Assembly: GCA_030704615.1 (NCBI GenBank)
Contig: CM060732.1
Coordinates: 11,098,001-11,162,000 of the forward strand
Reading direction: 5' to 3'
From: Takakia lepidozioides
Lineage: Eukaryota; Plantae; Bryophyta
DNA length: 64,000 bases
Part shown: piece after piece, positions 46,178-57,162 of the stretch
How positions within the stretch are numbered: the stretch's first letter is position 1
Layout: each line of letters begins with the position of its first letter
Program-made: the position numbers and the translations under genes
The notes under the pieces: model-generated
Seen by the model: the letters and a program-made list of their open reading frames with translations, nothing else
What the model was told of the DNA's origin: nothing
Databases searched by the model: none

Positions 46178-49100
46178 TGCTGCAACCTCTTGAGCAGTAC
46201 TCCCTACCTGCTCAGTCAATGACAAGGCATCATCCTGCCCCATCATCTCATCCTTGAGGACCTCCTCAACTCGAGAAGAATCCCCAACCTCATCCATCAC
46301 AGCCGCCTTGGCTGCCAACTCCCTCTGAACCTCGAGCACCTCCCACGTGTGCCATGGATGCATGCACCCCGTGGTCCTCATATGCTCGCCCCCACTCACT
46401 GCCTGTACCGTCTCGGTAGGCAGAGAGACCATTGAGGGAAGTGTATTCCGCACTCTGCGTTGCTCAGCTAGAGCCAAGCTGATAATCCAGGTCAAGCAAT
46501 TGAGATCCATTGCTTGCCCCAACACTTGACGACGTGATGCCTCAGAAAGAGACGACACCGCCGTGGTACCAGTGGTAAAACCCATTGCCCGCTCACGCTC
46601 GTCAGCATTAGGCTCCACTAACTGCTGCAACTGAGCATCCCACAGGAGGCCAGGTCCACTATCCCGGAAAGCATGCGATCCTGGGAAGCTGAGCAGTGTA
46701 GGTAATGCTGCTCGTGGTTGACCCACCTTGTTGACCACTGCCAAAGGCGAACGGTCATCGTGTCTCACACGTTGAGACTGCCTCCCTGTGTCCAGAATGT
46801 TATCCACTGTGAGATGTGCTGGCCGCTGCACCCCATCAAATGCACGCTTGAGCAGTGCGGGTGGCATCATGTTAGTCCACCATAGCCGTGGACGATGAGC
46901 CCGTGACCCCACTGTAGCTGCATCTAGCAACACTGCTGACCCAAGCCACGACCGGACTTGATGCACACTGGCCATCACCCTGGCCCGAGAATCGCCCATC
47001 AGTGGCACATTCTCCAAGATGTATGCTGGAGATACAGCTTGATGAAGCTGCAAGTGGCGCAAAACCCGCACCATCTCCCAAAACAGACCCGACCTCGAGT
47101 CTCGCAATCCATTGCCATGCCCGGCTGATGAATGCCCTTGGCAGGGCCAACCTGCCACTACCAGATCAATGGAGCCAACCCGCTCCAAATCCTGCGCCCC
47201 CAGCAACGAAATGTCTGCTGGCAAGGCCTGCTGATATCCACGAATTGCAGACACCGACAACAACTCAGGGTACCGCTGCACCAACTGAGCAACATGGCGA
47301 AGTGAAACGCGTCGTGCAGTCTCATCCCTCTCCACATACAGGTAACGCCGAACTCGTACACCTGCCTGTAACAAAGCAGCCAATCCGGTGCTGATCCCGC
47401 CAAACAAGTCCAGAAGACAAATGCCTTCATCCGGAGACTGCCACACAATAGGTGTGGTGTCCAATGGAGACAATTGAGGTGGTCCTGGTGCAATCCCCAC
47501 ACTCTCCTCCTCTCCTGACGGTACAAAAGCCTCCACCCAGGCTTGTTGCACCCGTCGATCAGCATCCCGCTGCAAATCCTTGCTCGTGCCCCACAATGGA
47601 GTCTGAGCAACCATGGTAGGCAACTCCGCCATACCATACATGTCATCCTGCTCTCCCGGAGGTGGTACATCCTCTGAATGAGCATTGCCCTCAAGCAACT
47701 CTCTAGGCCAACTCACTGCCGCTGTGAATGCTGCTAGTGTCGGCATCTTGCCTCGCTGGGCAACCGCAACTCCTCCTATGAACGTCACAGGGAGCTGCAC
47801 ACGCCGGCCCTCCCCTGACTGCCATGCAGGCCTATAGGAAGCTGACTCCTCCCAAAAATCCAGGGTGAAGCCCATGGGGTACAACACTGCCCCACCAACC
47901 AGGACATCGTATGAGACTGCGTCTGTCACAATGGCCTTGGCTCGCATCACTGAGCCATCTGTAGGGTGATCCGGCCGTAGTCTGATAGCCAACTCATGCC
48001 GTGTCATGCCCCGAGCCTGCTCCGATCCTCCCAGAGACGTCTGTATCTGGAAAGGACAAGGCTCCATATCCGCCTCCGTGAGGCCCAAGCCTGCAATAGC
48101 AGCTCTGCCCAGCATCAGTGGCTGAGCTCCCGAGTCCAACAAGACTCGCAGTGGCCGGTACCTCTTGCCTGCCGGTCCACTCAAACAGAAAATGCCATCC
48201 TGGTTGTCTAACATGACAACTCCAGGTGTCACCATGGCGCGCTCAATGGCTGGCCTAGCTGGCAGCTCCATCAACCTGGCAGCTGCAGCTTGCCATGGCG
48301 CCGCCGTGGCAGTCTTGACCCTCAAATCCGAGGATCCCTCCGGCACTACACCTCCCACTATCTCCGCAGAAGATGAAGTAACCTCCCCACTCTCACAGAG
48401 TGTAGCTGCCAGCCTGAACACCTCAGCTGGTCTTATCCCCGGCGTCGCAATCATGGTAGCCGAGAACAATGGAGCCTGGCACACAGATGTGGCCGCTCCT
48501 ACAGCACACTAGCTGCCGTAGCCTTGGCAACACTAGGTAGTGGTGCTGCCCGTGTAGCTCTCCCCAATGGCATAGTAACCTCCGCCTCGGTAATAGTCGG
48601 GCGAGAACTAGGTGCCATGGATGGCGTCGACACTGTCTCCGCCAATGTGAATGACTGAGGAAGCCTAGCCTGACGGCTTGCCTCCCCACGCTGTGGATCC
48701 AACTCCACCTCTGCACCTCGTGGCTCAGGAACTCGTGCTGCTCCTCGAGTCACGGCTGCAGCAGACTCCACCTGCACTAGTGGTAGTGCTGCTCCACACA
48801 TGAATCCCATGCCTCCCATATCTCCTCCCTCAGGAGCAGGAGGTGGACCATCCGGCCTTAGAGCCGGTACCACCTGAGCTGTAGCCATGGCAGCGAGCCT
48901 CTGCTCTAGCTGCTGAAGCCGGTTGGCCATGCCTTGGTCAACACCCTGACCTCCGCGTCCTTGGCCACGTTGAGCTTGCCCTTGGCCTGCACCTCGTGGC
49001 TGGCCACCTCGTCCTCTCTGGGCTGCTCCACCTCGCCCCCGGCCACCATTGTTCCCTTGGAACTGGCCTGGGCGCAACTCAGGATGCAAACCTATAACAC

Positions 49101-50346
49101 TGGGCCTCTCCATGCCCGTGCTTGCCACAATGCCCACACTGCAACTGTGCAGGCTGTGCATGTGCCGACCCTTTGCCTCCCTCTGGGCAATCCTTCTTGA
49201 CATGGGGTCCTCCACATGTCCAGCACACCACATCCGCCCGTTGTTGGCCAGCAAATGAAGGGAGAGACCCCTGCATTGAGGTCCTCTCTGCCCTTCCCTG
49301 AGCTTCACCTGAGCCCCCTTGTTGCCTTGAGCACGTTGAGGTAGTGGTTGGCTAGGAGCACCACTACCCCGTGGTGTCTCCTTAGCAAATCCCACCATGA
49401 CCACTCGTTCCTCCACCATGTTGAGCTCTATCCGCTCTGCCAGCAAAAACACATTTGCTAAGGTGGGTTGGGCCGCTTGTAGGAGAGTTGCATCCCGCAC
49501 CCTTCTCCTCAGCTCCTTGTCCAATATCCCATACCAGAATTGGACTGCCTGAGCTTCCGTAACCCCTTGGGTTACATTTATCAAGCGCCTCATGCGAGTG
49601 AAAGCCTCCCTCAAGCTCTCGGTCGGCTTCCGTTGGAACTCTTGCAAGCTCCGCAACTTCTCTGTCCTCACCCCTTGGTAGTTCCCTCTCAACTCTTCGA
49701 AGAACTCCACAACAGGGTTGAAGGCAGGCACGGGTGCTAGTGCTGGTGCGGTAGTGGCTTGGGTGGACGTCGTAGCTACTGTACCACCAGTCCCACTGCT
49801 GCTTGCTGAAGCTGCCGGTGCAGCGGCAGGTGTAGCCACTGCCCTCGTGGCTCTAGTGCCCCTAGTGATGGAGACATAGTCGGGTGACCAGTACATCCTC
49901 CACTCCTCGATCTCAACCTCATGCCCCCGCCTGAACTCATGGTAATCATCCATAGGCGGCCCCTCAAGGTGCTGAAACAGCCCTTTCCATGCCATGAACG
50001 GCGTAAATAGTTGTGGATTGCGCATTTGCTGCAAATCACACCAACTATCAAACTCTTGGATAAAATCATCCAACTCAATGGTGCCCACCGCCCCAGAGTA
50101 CCTTCGTGGCCCCTTGGTAGCTCCATACATCTCCTCCATTGTGTCCCACAATAATGGCAAAGAAACAACTTGCACCGCCTGTATGAGCCCTCCTGATTCA
50201 CAATCCGAATCAGAACCTTCCGTGGAAGACACAGGAGGTGAAGGTGGCCTAAACCGCACACCTCGTCTCGTGTACCCACTAGTATCGCTAGTGCTCGAAC
50301 CGGCACTGTCCCCAGCAACTAGTGGCACCTCCGTGTTGACACTCAA
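46175..50346 (-). CDS. Gag - aspartic protease - DNA (cytosine-5) methyltransferase polyprotein (MTase about 46490-47425); a few 1-bp indels
   Basis: Gag with two CCHC knuckles (shifted frame 49079-49276) and protease LLDSGAQ. MTase motifs I DLFGGISTG, IV GWPCQG, VI ENV, VIII AHRPRLWWTN, IX ERERAMGF and X RRQVLGQAMD. The break near 48500 is open in copy 1. The true start codon is uncertain. Confidence 0.92.
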
Positions 50347-50637
50347 CCGGTCATGAACATGTCCCTAACCCCCTCTCCACAAGGTAACCGGGTAGAGAAC
50401 CTGTTGCGGCTTATGGTTTGGAATACTAAGTTCCTAACATAGCCTACACCTGAACTTGCATGACCATGGGAATATCATGAAGATACTCCTCAAACCGCCC
50501 TCCACGAGCTTCAAAATTCGGCCTTCCAGACCACATGCCAGTCCTTAGTCCACCAGTGCCTCCACAAGTCAGCACATGCCATCCACAGGTCAACACGGGC
50601 CACCACAGACCAGCACAGGCCCACACAGCTCACTGGT

Positions 50638-51890
50638 CACAGCCGTCACAGTCCCACAGGCCACTGGGCACAGCCCCTCACAGCCCCTCACAGCTCGTCA
50701 CAGCCTCAAAGGCCTCAGGCACAGCCTGTCACAGCCCCTCACAGCCCGTCACAGCCCCAAAGGCCTCAGGCGCGGCCTGTCACAGCCCCTCACAGCCCGT
50801 CACAGCCCCAAAGGCCTCAGGCACGGTCTGTCACAGCCCCTCACAGCCCGTCAGAGCCCCAAAGGCCTCAGGCGCGGTCTGTCACAGCCCCTCACAGCCC
50901 GTCACAGCCCCAAAGGCCTTAGGCGCGGCCTGTCACAGCCCCTCACAGCCCGTCACAGCCCCAAAGGCCATGGGCACGGCCTGTCACAGCCCCTCACAGC
51001 CCGTCACAGCCCCAAAGGCCTCAGGCGCGGCCTGTCACAGCCCCTCACAGCCCGTCACAGCCCCAAAGGCCATGGGCACGGCCTGTCACAGCCCCTCACA
51101 GCCCGTCACAGCCTCAAAGGCCTCAGGCACGGCCTGTCACAGCCCATCACAGCCCCAAAGGCCTCAGGCACGGCCTGTCACAGCCCATCACAGCCCCAAA
51201 GGCCTCAGGCACGGCCTGTCACAGCCCCTCACAGCCCGTCACAGCCCCAAAGGCCTCAGGCGTGGCCTGTCACAGCCCCTCACAGCCCGTCACAGCCCCA
51301 AAGGCCATGGGCACGGCCTATCACAGCCCCTCATAGCCCGTCACAGCCCCAAAGGCCTCAGGCACGGCCTGTCACAGCCCATCACAGCCCCAAAGGCCTC
51401 AGGCACGGCCTGTCACAGCCCCTCACAGCCCGTCACAGCCCCAAAGGCCATGGGCACGGCCTGTCACAGCCCCTCACAGCCCGTCACAGCCTCAAAGGCC
51501 TCAGGCACGGCCTGTCACAGCCTGAGACAGCCCGTCACAGCCCCACAGGGCACAGGGCACAGCCTGTCACAGCCCATCACAGCCCATCACAGCCTCAAAG
51601 GCCTCAGGCACGGCCTGTCACAGCCCCTCACAGCCCATCACAGCCCCAAAGGCCATGGGCACAGCCTGTCACAGCCCCGCACAGCCCGTCACAGCCCCAA
51701 AAGGCCACTGGGCACAGCCTGTCACAGCCTGACACAGCCCGTCACAGCCCCACAGGGCACAGGGCACAGCCTGTCACAGCCCATCACAGCCTGTCACAGC
51801 TTGCCACAGCCCATCACAGCCCGTCACAGCTCGCCACAGCCTGACACAGCCCGTCACAGCCCGTCACAGCTTGCCACAGCTTGCCACAGC
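50638..51890. repeat. Tandem array of 51-bp (some 41-bp) units built from 10-bp TCACAGCCCS subunits, in the element leader
   Basis: The unit TCACAGCCCCTCACAGCCCGTCACAGCCCCAAAGGCCTCAGGCGCGGCCTG is repeated more than 20 times. Confidence 0.96.
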
Positions 51891-53416
51891 CCCACACATG
51901 GCCGCTCTGGCAGTTTAGCCATTTCTCCAAGGGGTTTAGCCACGCCAAGCTAGGGTTTGTGTCTCTTGGACTCTAGGCTTCTTTCCACCGAGCTATGGTG
52001 GCTGTGAGGAAATCAGCAAGGTATCCTTGCTCTTTCGGCTCCCACACACCACCATAGTAGCCCTAAGCCATGAGGTGGTTGCCACAAACCAAGCCTTCTT
52101 TCTCACTTAGCCTCCCCAAACACGCCACTAAACTCAATGGCAAACAACCAAGTCCTGCTGGTTCCCAGCCCTTGTGAGCACTCATTCAAGCACTCTCCTT
52201 GGCCATAGCATCTGTCTTAGAGCCTCTTCCAGCCCCCTACACCTGCTGCTTCAAGAGTTGCGCTCCCTTCAAGCTTGAAGTTGAAACCCCAACTCACATA
52301 TGCCCTACAAGTGCTTTTCTTTCACTCCAAGTGGAAACCAGCCCTAGACCTTCCGTTCTAGCTCTCTAAAGCTTGAAAACAAGAGCCTCAATGGGCTGAA
52401 GGCATGCTCCACACATGCCCCACTCTCACCATAAAAGAATCAGCTCCTTTGCTTCATTTCTTACACCCACAAACCTGAAAATACAAGCTTCAGCATGCTG
52501 AAAGCATGCTCCACATGCCCTACAGGGAAACCAGCCCCTTCCTTCCTTTCTTGCACTCCCACACCTGAAAGTGCAAGCCTTCACCAGGCTGATAGCATGC
52601 TCCACACATGCATTGCCCTCACATAAGGGAAGTCAGCCCTTCCCTCTTCCTTGCTTGCCCTCCAAGCTTGAAGATGGAAGCTTCAATGAGCTGAATACAT
52701 GCTCCACACATGCAACCTCTTCACACAAGAGATATCAGCCCCCTATCTTGGCTCCTTGGCTCCTTGATGCTCTCTAAGACAAGACTAAGCACTCCATAGC
52801 CTTTGCCAAGCTCCTGAAACCCTAAGGCTTACATTTCCAGCCACAAGACACTTCTCTTGTGGTGCAAGAGCTCTTCTTCCAAGCTCTGTAACCCTAGGTG
52901 CACATTCCATGGCCTTGCCGCACCTCTTAGCTCCTGTTCCAGCCCTGCTCTCGCCATGACAAGAGCCCTCTCAATGCTGAAGCTCGAGATTGAAACCCAA
53001 TCTCACCATACTCCACAAAGTGCACTGATTTGCCCCAAGCCAAATCAGCCCTTTCGCTTGGTCTTGCAATCCTTCACACAATGACAGCTCGCATTCCCAA
53101 GTCCAGTTCTCAGCTTTGCCACCAAAGCCACTATAACCTGCTCTTGACTGGTCCTCTTCCCAATCGTGCTTGCTCATGCATGTACACAATCTGGAACCAT
53201 CAAGGTGCTCTGGAATTACCTGCAGCATGGTGCTTTCATCTCTGAAGCTGAAGATCGAATGCCAAGGTCTACCACCTCGTAACCCACATCGCCTCCGCTT
53301 CTAACAACTAAGAGCTCCGCGGTGCTCCTTGCATAACAACTTGGTTTCTCTCATTCTCAAGCAAAAACCACAAGTGCTACAACTAACTCGTATCTGGCAC
53401 TCATAGATACGAGCTG

Positions 53417-53428
53417 ATCTTTCTCGAG
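53417..53428 (-). promoter_or_regulatory. Non-tRNA primer-binding site CTCGAGAAAGAT, complementary to 53594-53605 inside repeat X
   Basis: Abuts the 5' repeat, lacks the TGG of tRNA PBSs, and shows perfect 12-nt complementarity. Confidence 0.8.
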
Positions 53429-53755
53429 TGATAAAGAAGAAGAATACAAGCACAAGCTCATGCGAGCTCACAAAGCTGAAGCATAAACTCAGGCATATAT
53501 AACCTCATCACTCAAATACAAGTCAAGCCAAGTGCACCCCACGCCATGGGGAATCCACACTACGGCGCCATAGCTAGGCGCGGTGAGGCTCAACTCGAGA
53601 AAGATGAGCCTCCCGCGTTTGCCGTGAAGATAACCACTCCAGGGCCTAAATCTGCCTTGACCCCTGGATTGACACTTGGGCCAATCCCAAATGTCAATAT
53701 GTAAAAGCTAGCTATTTCCTAGCTAGTTTCACACTAGTGGTAAAATAACTTGACA
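53429..53755 (-). repeat. Terminal repeat X, 5' copy (327 bp)
   Basis: TG...CA ends, followed by the TSD AATC. Confidence 0.96.
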
Positions 53756-54695
53756 AATCATTGGATGGTATGGATCGTAAGTCGATCAATGCAATAATTT
53801 GATCCTGTCGCTGAAGTGGATTACCGCAGTGGAACCCCTCGGCCAGTGGGGATTGCAGCCTGTCGGACTCCCATCAAAGTTCACCTCATCCTCCCAGTGG
53901 CAGAGGGGTTCCATATCACCTAACCTGCCGTTAAGAGACGCTGTAGAACCGGCAAAGAGTCTCAGTGTATACAATTTATCCCAATCTTAACATGAGGTAA
54001 ATGAATGAATACCGAAGTTCAAACTGAGGCTGTATCAATTTACTATGATTCATTTACTTTTACTCTCCCCTTGAAGAGATGGGCTCAAACCTTCCAAAAT
54101 AAAAATAGAATAAAAGACGCATTGCTTGGAACAAACACCCATACGGTAGTGTCTGTTCCGTCACAAAGGTAGTGTCTGTTCCCATTTGTTTCGCCAACCA
54201 GGGCATTGGTAAATTTAACCTGATCCCAGATTTCTTCATTCTCTGAATCGAGGATACAAGTAATCTGGAAGTCCGGGGTCCAAGGGTGTTGCGACATTGG
54301 AATGAGCGTTTGAGGCTATTGGGCTCTCAAGTCAACTTCAGAGTCAGCTTCACACTATTTCTATTTCCTTGTGACTGTTGGGGATATATGAAAGGATCAC
54401 ACAAAAGCAGGTCACGTCGCAACTTACTGCAACCCGGTCTGTTGTACCGTAGTGGGAGCCATTGATTCTACAGCTCATAAGGTCCGGTTATATGATTTGA
54501 CCTTGCTGGGGTGCCCTTGGGACTGAAGATTAGATCATTCCGGAATTTGACGTCATAAAAGTGTATAACTCGTCACCCTTTTCGCTCCCATGCATATGTG
54601 CACACGAACTGTGTTCCCGATTTTGCCCTCAGTGTGTAGGAGGATGGGAACAGAGGAGTTAGGGTTTAAGGATACATCGTTCCCTTGGTCCGAAC

Positions 54696-56247
54696 CACTG
54701 TTGGGCGGGTATTACTTTTTCTAATATCAGCTGGGTCCGGGTATTGACAAGAAATTAATTTTCAATACCATTGAAACATTCACTTAATTTTAATATCCGC
54801 CGATTCTCAATAGTAGTATGACTTTTGATTTGCGGACGGTTATCAATAGCATGGGTATTCCAATCTAATACCAGCCGGTTATCAACCCAGATATAAAAAA
54901 TAAAAATAACCACTAAATCATTAATATGTCTATAATTGAATTTAGAAGCATCCTCGATTTCACTAAGAAATTAATTATTATGTAATGCAAAATTCAGACT
55001 TTGCATTACATAATAGCGCTGCAGAATTTAGTGGCGTGCCCTTGGGGCTGGGTGTGCCCTTGGGGCTGGACATGCCCTTCCCTCACATATGCACCCTCTT
55101 ACCCTACCCGTGACATCATGTGCACCCACCCAATTTCCTATCCATACCATGGTATAGTACTTGTTTTTTTTCGCCCATAATACGGACTAGGTAGCATTCC
55201 AGAGGAGCCCCTGCTACCGGATATAGCAGGGGCTCCTCTCCAAGGCTACCAGACATAACCGGTTTTTAGGGCAGCGAGCCAATACGTACAAGGTACCTAC
55301 CTACATATAGCAAGGAGCCAGGACCTACCGAGCCGTGTAGGTAGTTAAAATCTAATAGGTCGTAGAATACCACATATAGCACCCTTCCTCAAATCCAGTA
55401 GAAACACGCCACGTCAGCGAGTCTGCTCTAAAAATCGGTTATGGGTATTGCGATATTGCACGGGTATTGCCTTGGCAATACCAGCTGGTCCGGTTATCAA
55501 CCATAGTATTGGAATTGCCAATACCAGCCGATTCGGACTAGATAGTGGCTGCGAGGAGCCCTGCTATTGTTAATAGTAGGGGCTCCGTATATACCGAGTT
55601 GTGGCAGCCGCGAGGTATATCCAGAGCCCCTACTATTAACGGTAGTAGGGTGACATGCCAGGCACTATCTAATGTAGCATAGAGGGCAGCTTGCAAGCCG
55701 CTACCGACCTACCCATTTTCAACTACCTAATAAATTTTTAGGATTTCTTACCATTCATTTGCACTAGTTTTGTATTTCACTCATCTTAATTTCCGCTTAT
55801 CTATTTGTGGCTATATACATAAGCGATGGACTCATGCAAGGTATCTTGTTTTAGTACCACCTAGAAGGTAGGTATAAGTAACAGCAGGTAGGTCGTAAAT
55901 CATAATCGGATTGGTCCTATACTGTCCTATATCGATTGCCTGTAGTCTACATCGCAAATGTATTACGCTGAGGTTGTACTCAAAAGACAAATGGATTGGA
56001 GCGAAAGAAGGTCTACGGGAGGTGGCCAGGTTGGTGGAGGCCTGTAGTAGGGCTCCGTATGCATGCGGAGCCACGCTACCACGTCATAGCCGGCCTCCTC
56101 AGGGCCAATCAGATGGTGGCTATGCGGCAAGCGCTCCCGATTGCTACGGTTATTAACCATAGTATTACAATAGCCAATACCAGCCGGGTCGGTTATTCAA
56201 TACCTTGGTTGATACCCAACCAGACCCTATATACCAGTCCAACACTG
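54696..56247. mobile_element. Probable non-autonomous TIR element (hAT-like)
   Basis: Imperfect TIRs CACTGTTGGGCGGGTAT / ATACCAGTCCAACACTG. The flanks GTCCGAAC and GTTCGAGT match at 5 of 8 positions. Many internal AATACCAGCC motifs and GGAGCCCCT...AGGGGCTCC hairpins. Confidence 0.5.
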
Positions 56248-57162
56248 GTTCGAGTGGGTGCAGAGTGTTAATAAGTGAACGTGTAGGGAATTCCAAAAAG
56301 GCCTTGATGTGAAATGCATCGCAATTCACTTGATCACCCCCTAAAAGTGCGCAATTCAATTGAACTACTAAAACTAGCTTGAAAACAACCCTAATTTGCA
56401 ATGCAATTGAATTGTTGGCACATGAGTCAATTGAATTGTGAATTGGCAATTCAATTGAATTGTAATCTATGATTTTTAACTTATTTCTGTATATAATATA
56501 TAATATGTATATGTATATGTATATATTCAAATTATACTTATACACATATAAGAGTATAAGCTAAAAATACAAGTTGCCCATCTATTCTTGCTGGCCCTCT
56601 TTCTTGTGCCCTTGAGGAAATTGTGGAGTTGTGAAGCCACCTCAGCCTCAACGAGAAAGGGAGAGACGGAGAGAGATCAGCAGCTTCCTGTGATTCATTG
56701 GCAAAAGAAACATGGCTGGCTCCGAAAGAAACAGACAAAATCAAACTTGACAATTGATGAAAGGTTCCCCTGCATCATCTTGAGAATTATCAAAAATAAT
56801 ATTGTTTCGATACCCTGCATCTGCACTTTTTACTTTCAGTTTTGTAGCAGGGGGCGTGAACGCCGAGCCACCGCGCTGAATGCAGAAAGGTGATGGTTTC
56901 TGCATTACATGGTGGCTGATCGCCCCATCGCTTTGCAAGGGCTTGTAAAGGGCTTCATGTGCAGCTAACCGTGTCTAGAGGGGGAACCTTACTATACTGA
57001 CGTGCGGTGGATGGCAGACTGAGTGTCCGATTCTCACCTTTCAATCAAGTTCCCGATCGCTCTCATCGTACACAAAGTGTACAAAGGTGCTTCTCGATAC
57101 GAACGTGGACTTGTCGGAAGCGGTTGTCGTCGTATTTGAGGGCCCCCTTTCTTCCGGTTGTA

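Larger units (their letters stand above)
42094..53755 (-). mobile_element. Complete, young Ty3/Gypsy retrotransposon encoding a DNMT3-like methyltransferase and a PHD-finger integrase (11662 bp)
   Basis: TG...CA ends and a 4-bp TSD AATC (42090-42093 and 53756-53759). The empty site GAACT-AATC-ATTGG is present in the paralogous locus near 58609-58622. The two X repeats differ at only one position that I could see. Confidence 0.96.

Noticed and set aside
46490-47425. Bacterial restriction-modification or prophage methyltransferase / contamination
   Set aside because: The domain is in frame inside a Gypsy polyprotein, bounded by a TSD, in intron-containing plant DNA, and has no cognate endonuclease.
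48484-48510. Programmed gag/protease frameshift
   Set aside because: The homologous segment is one open frame in copy 1 (ASVLLGAATSVCQ), so the break is a lesion or a sequencing error.
50535-51953. Long + strand ORFs of 472 and 422 aa
   Set aside because: They are translations of the 51-bp stop-free minisatellite, antisense to the element, with no domain evidence.
42094-53755. DIRS/PAT/Ngaro element, suggested by the split repeats and a methyltransferase
   Set aside because: No tyrosine recombinase is present. The element has a protease, an HHCC-DDE integrase, a PPT and a 4-bp TSD, and its MTase is C5 type rather than Dam-like.
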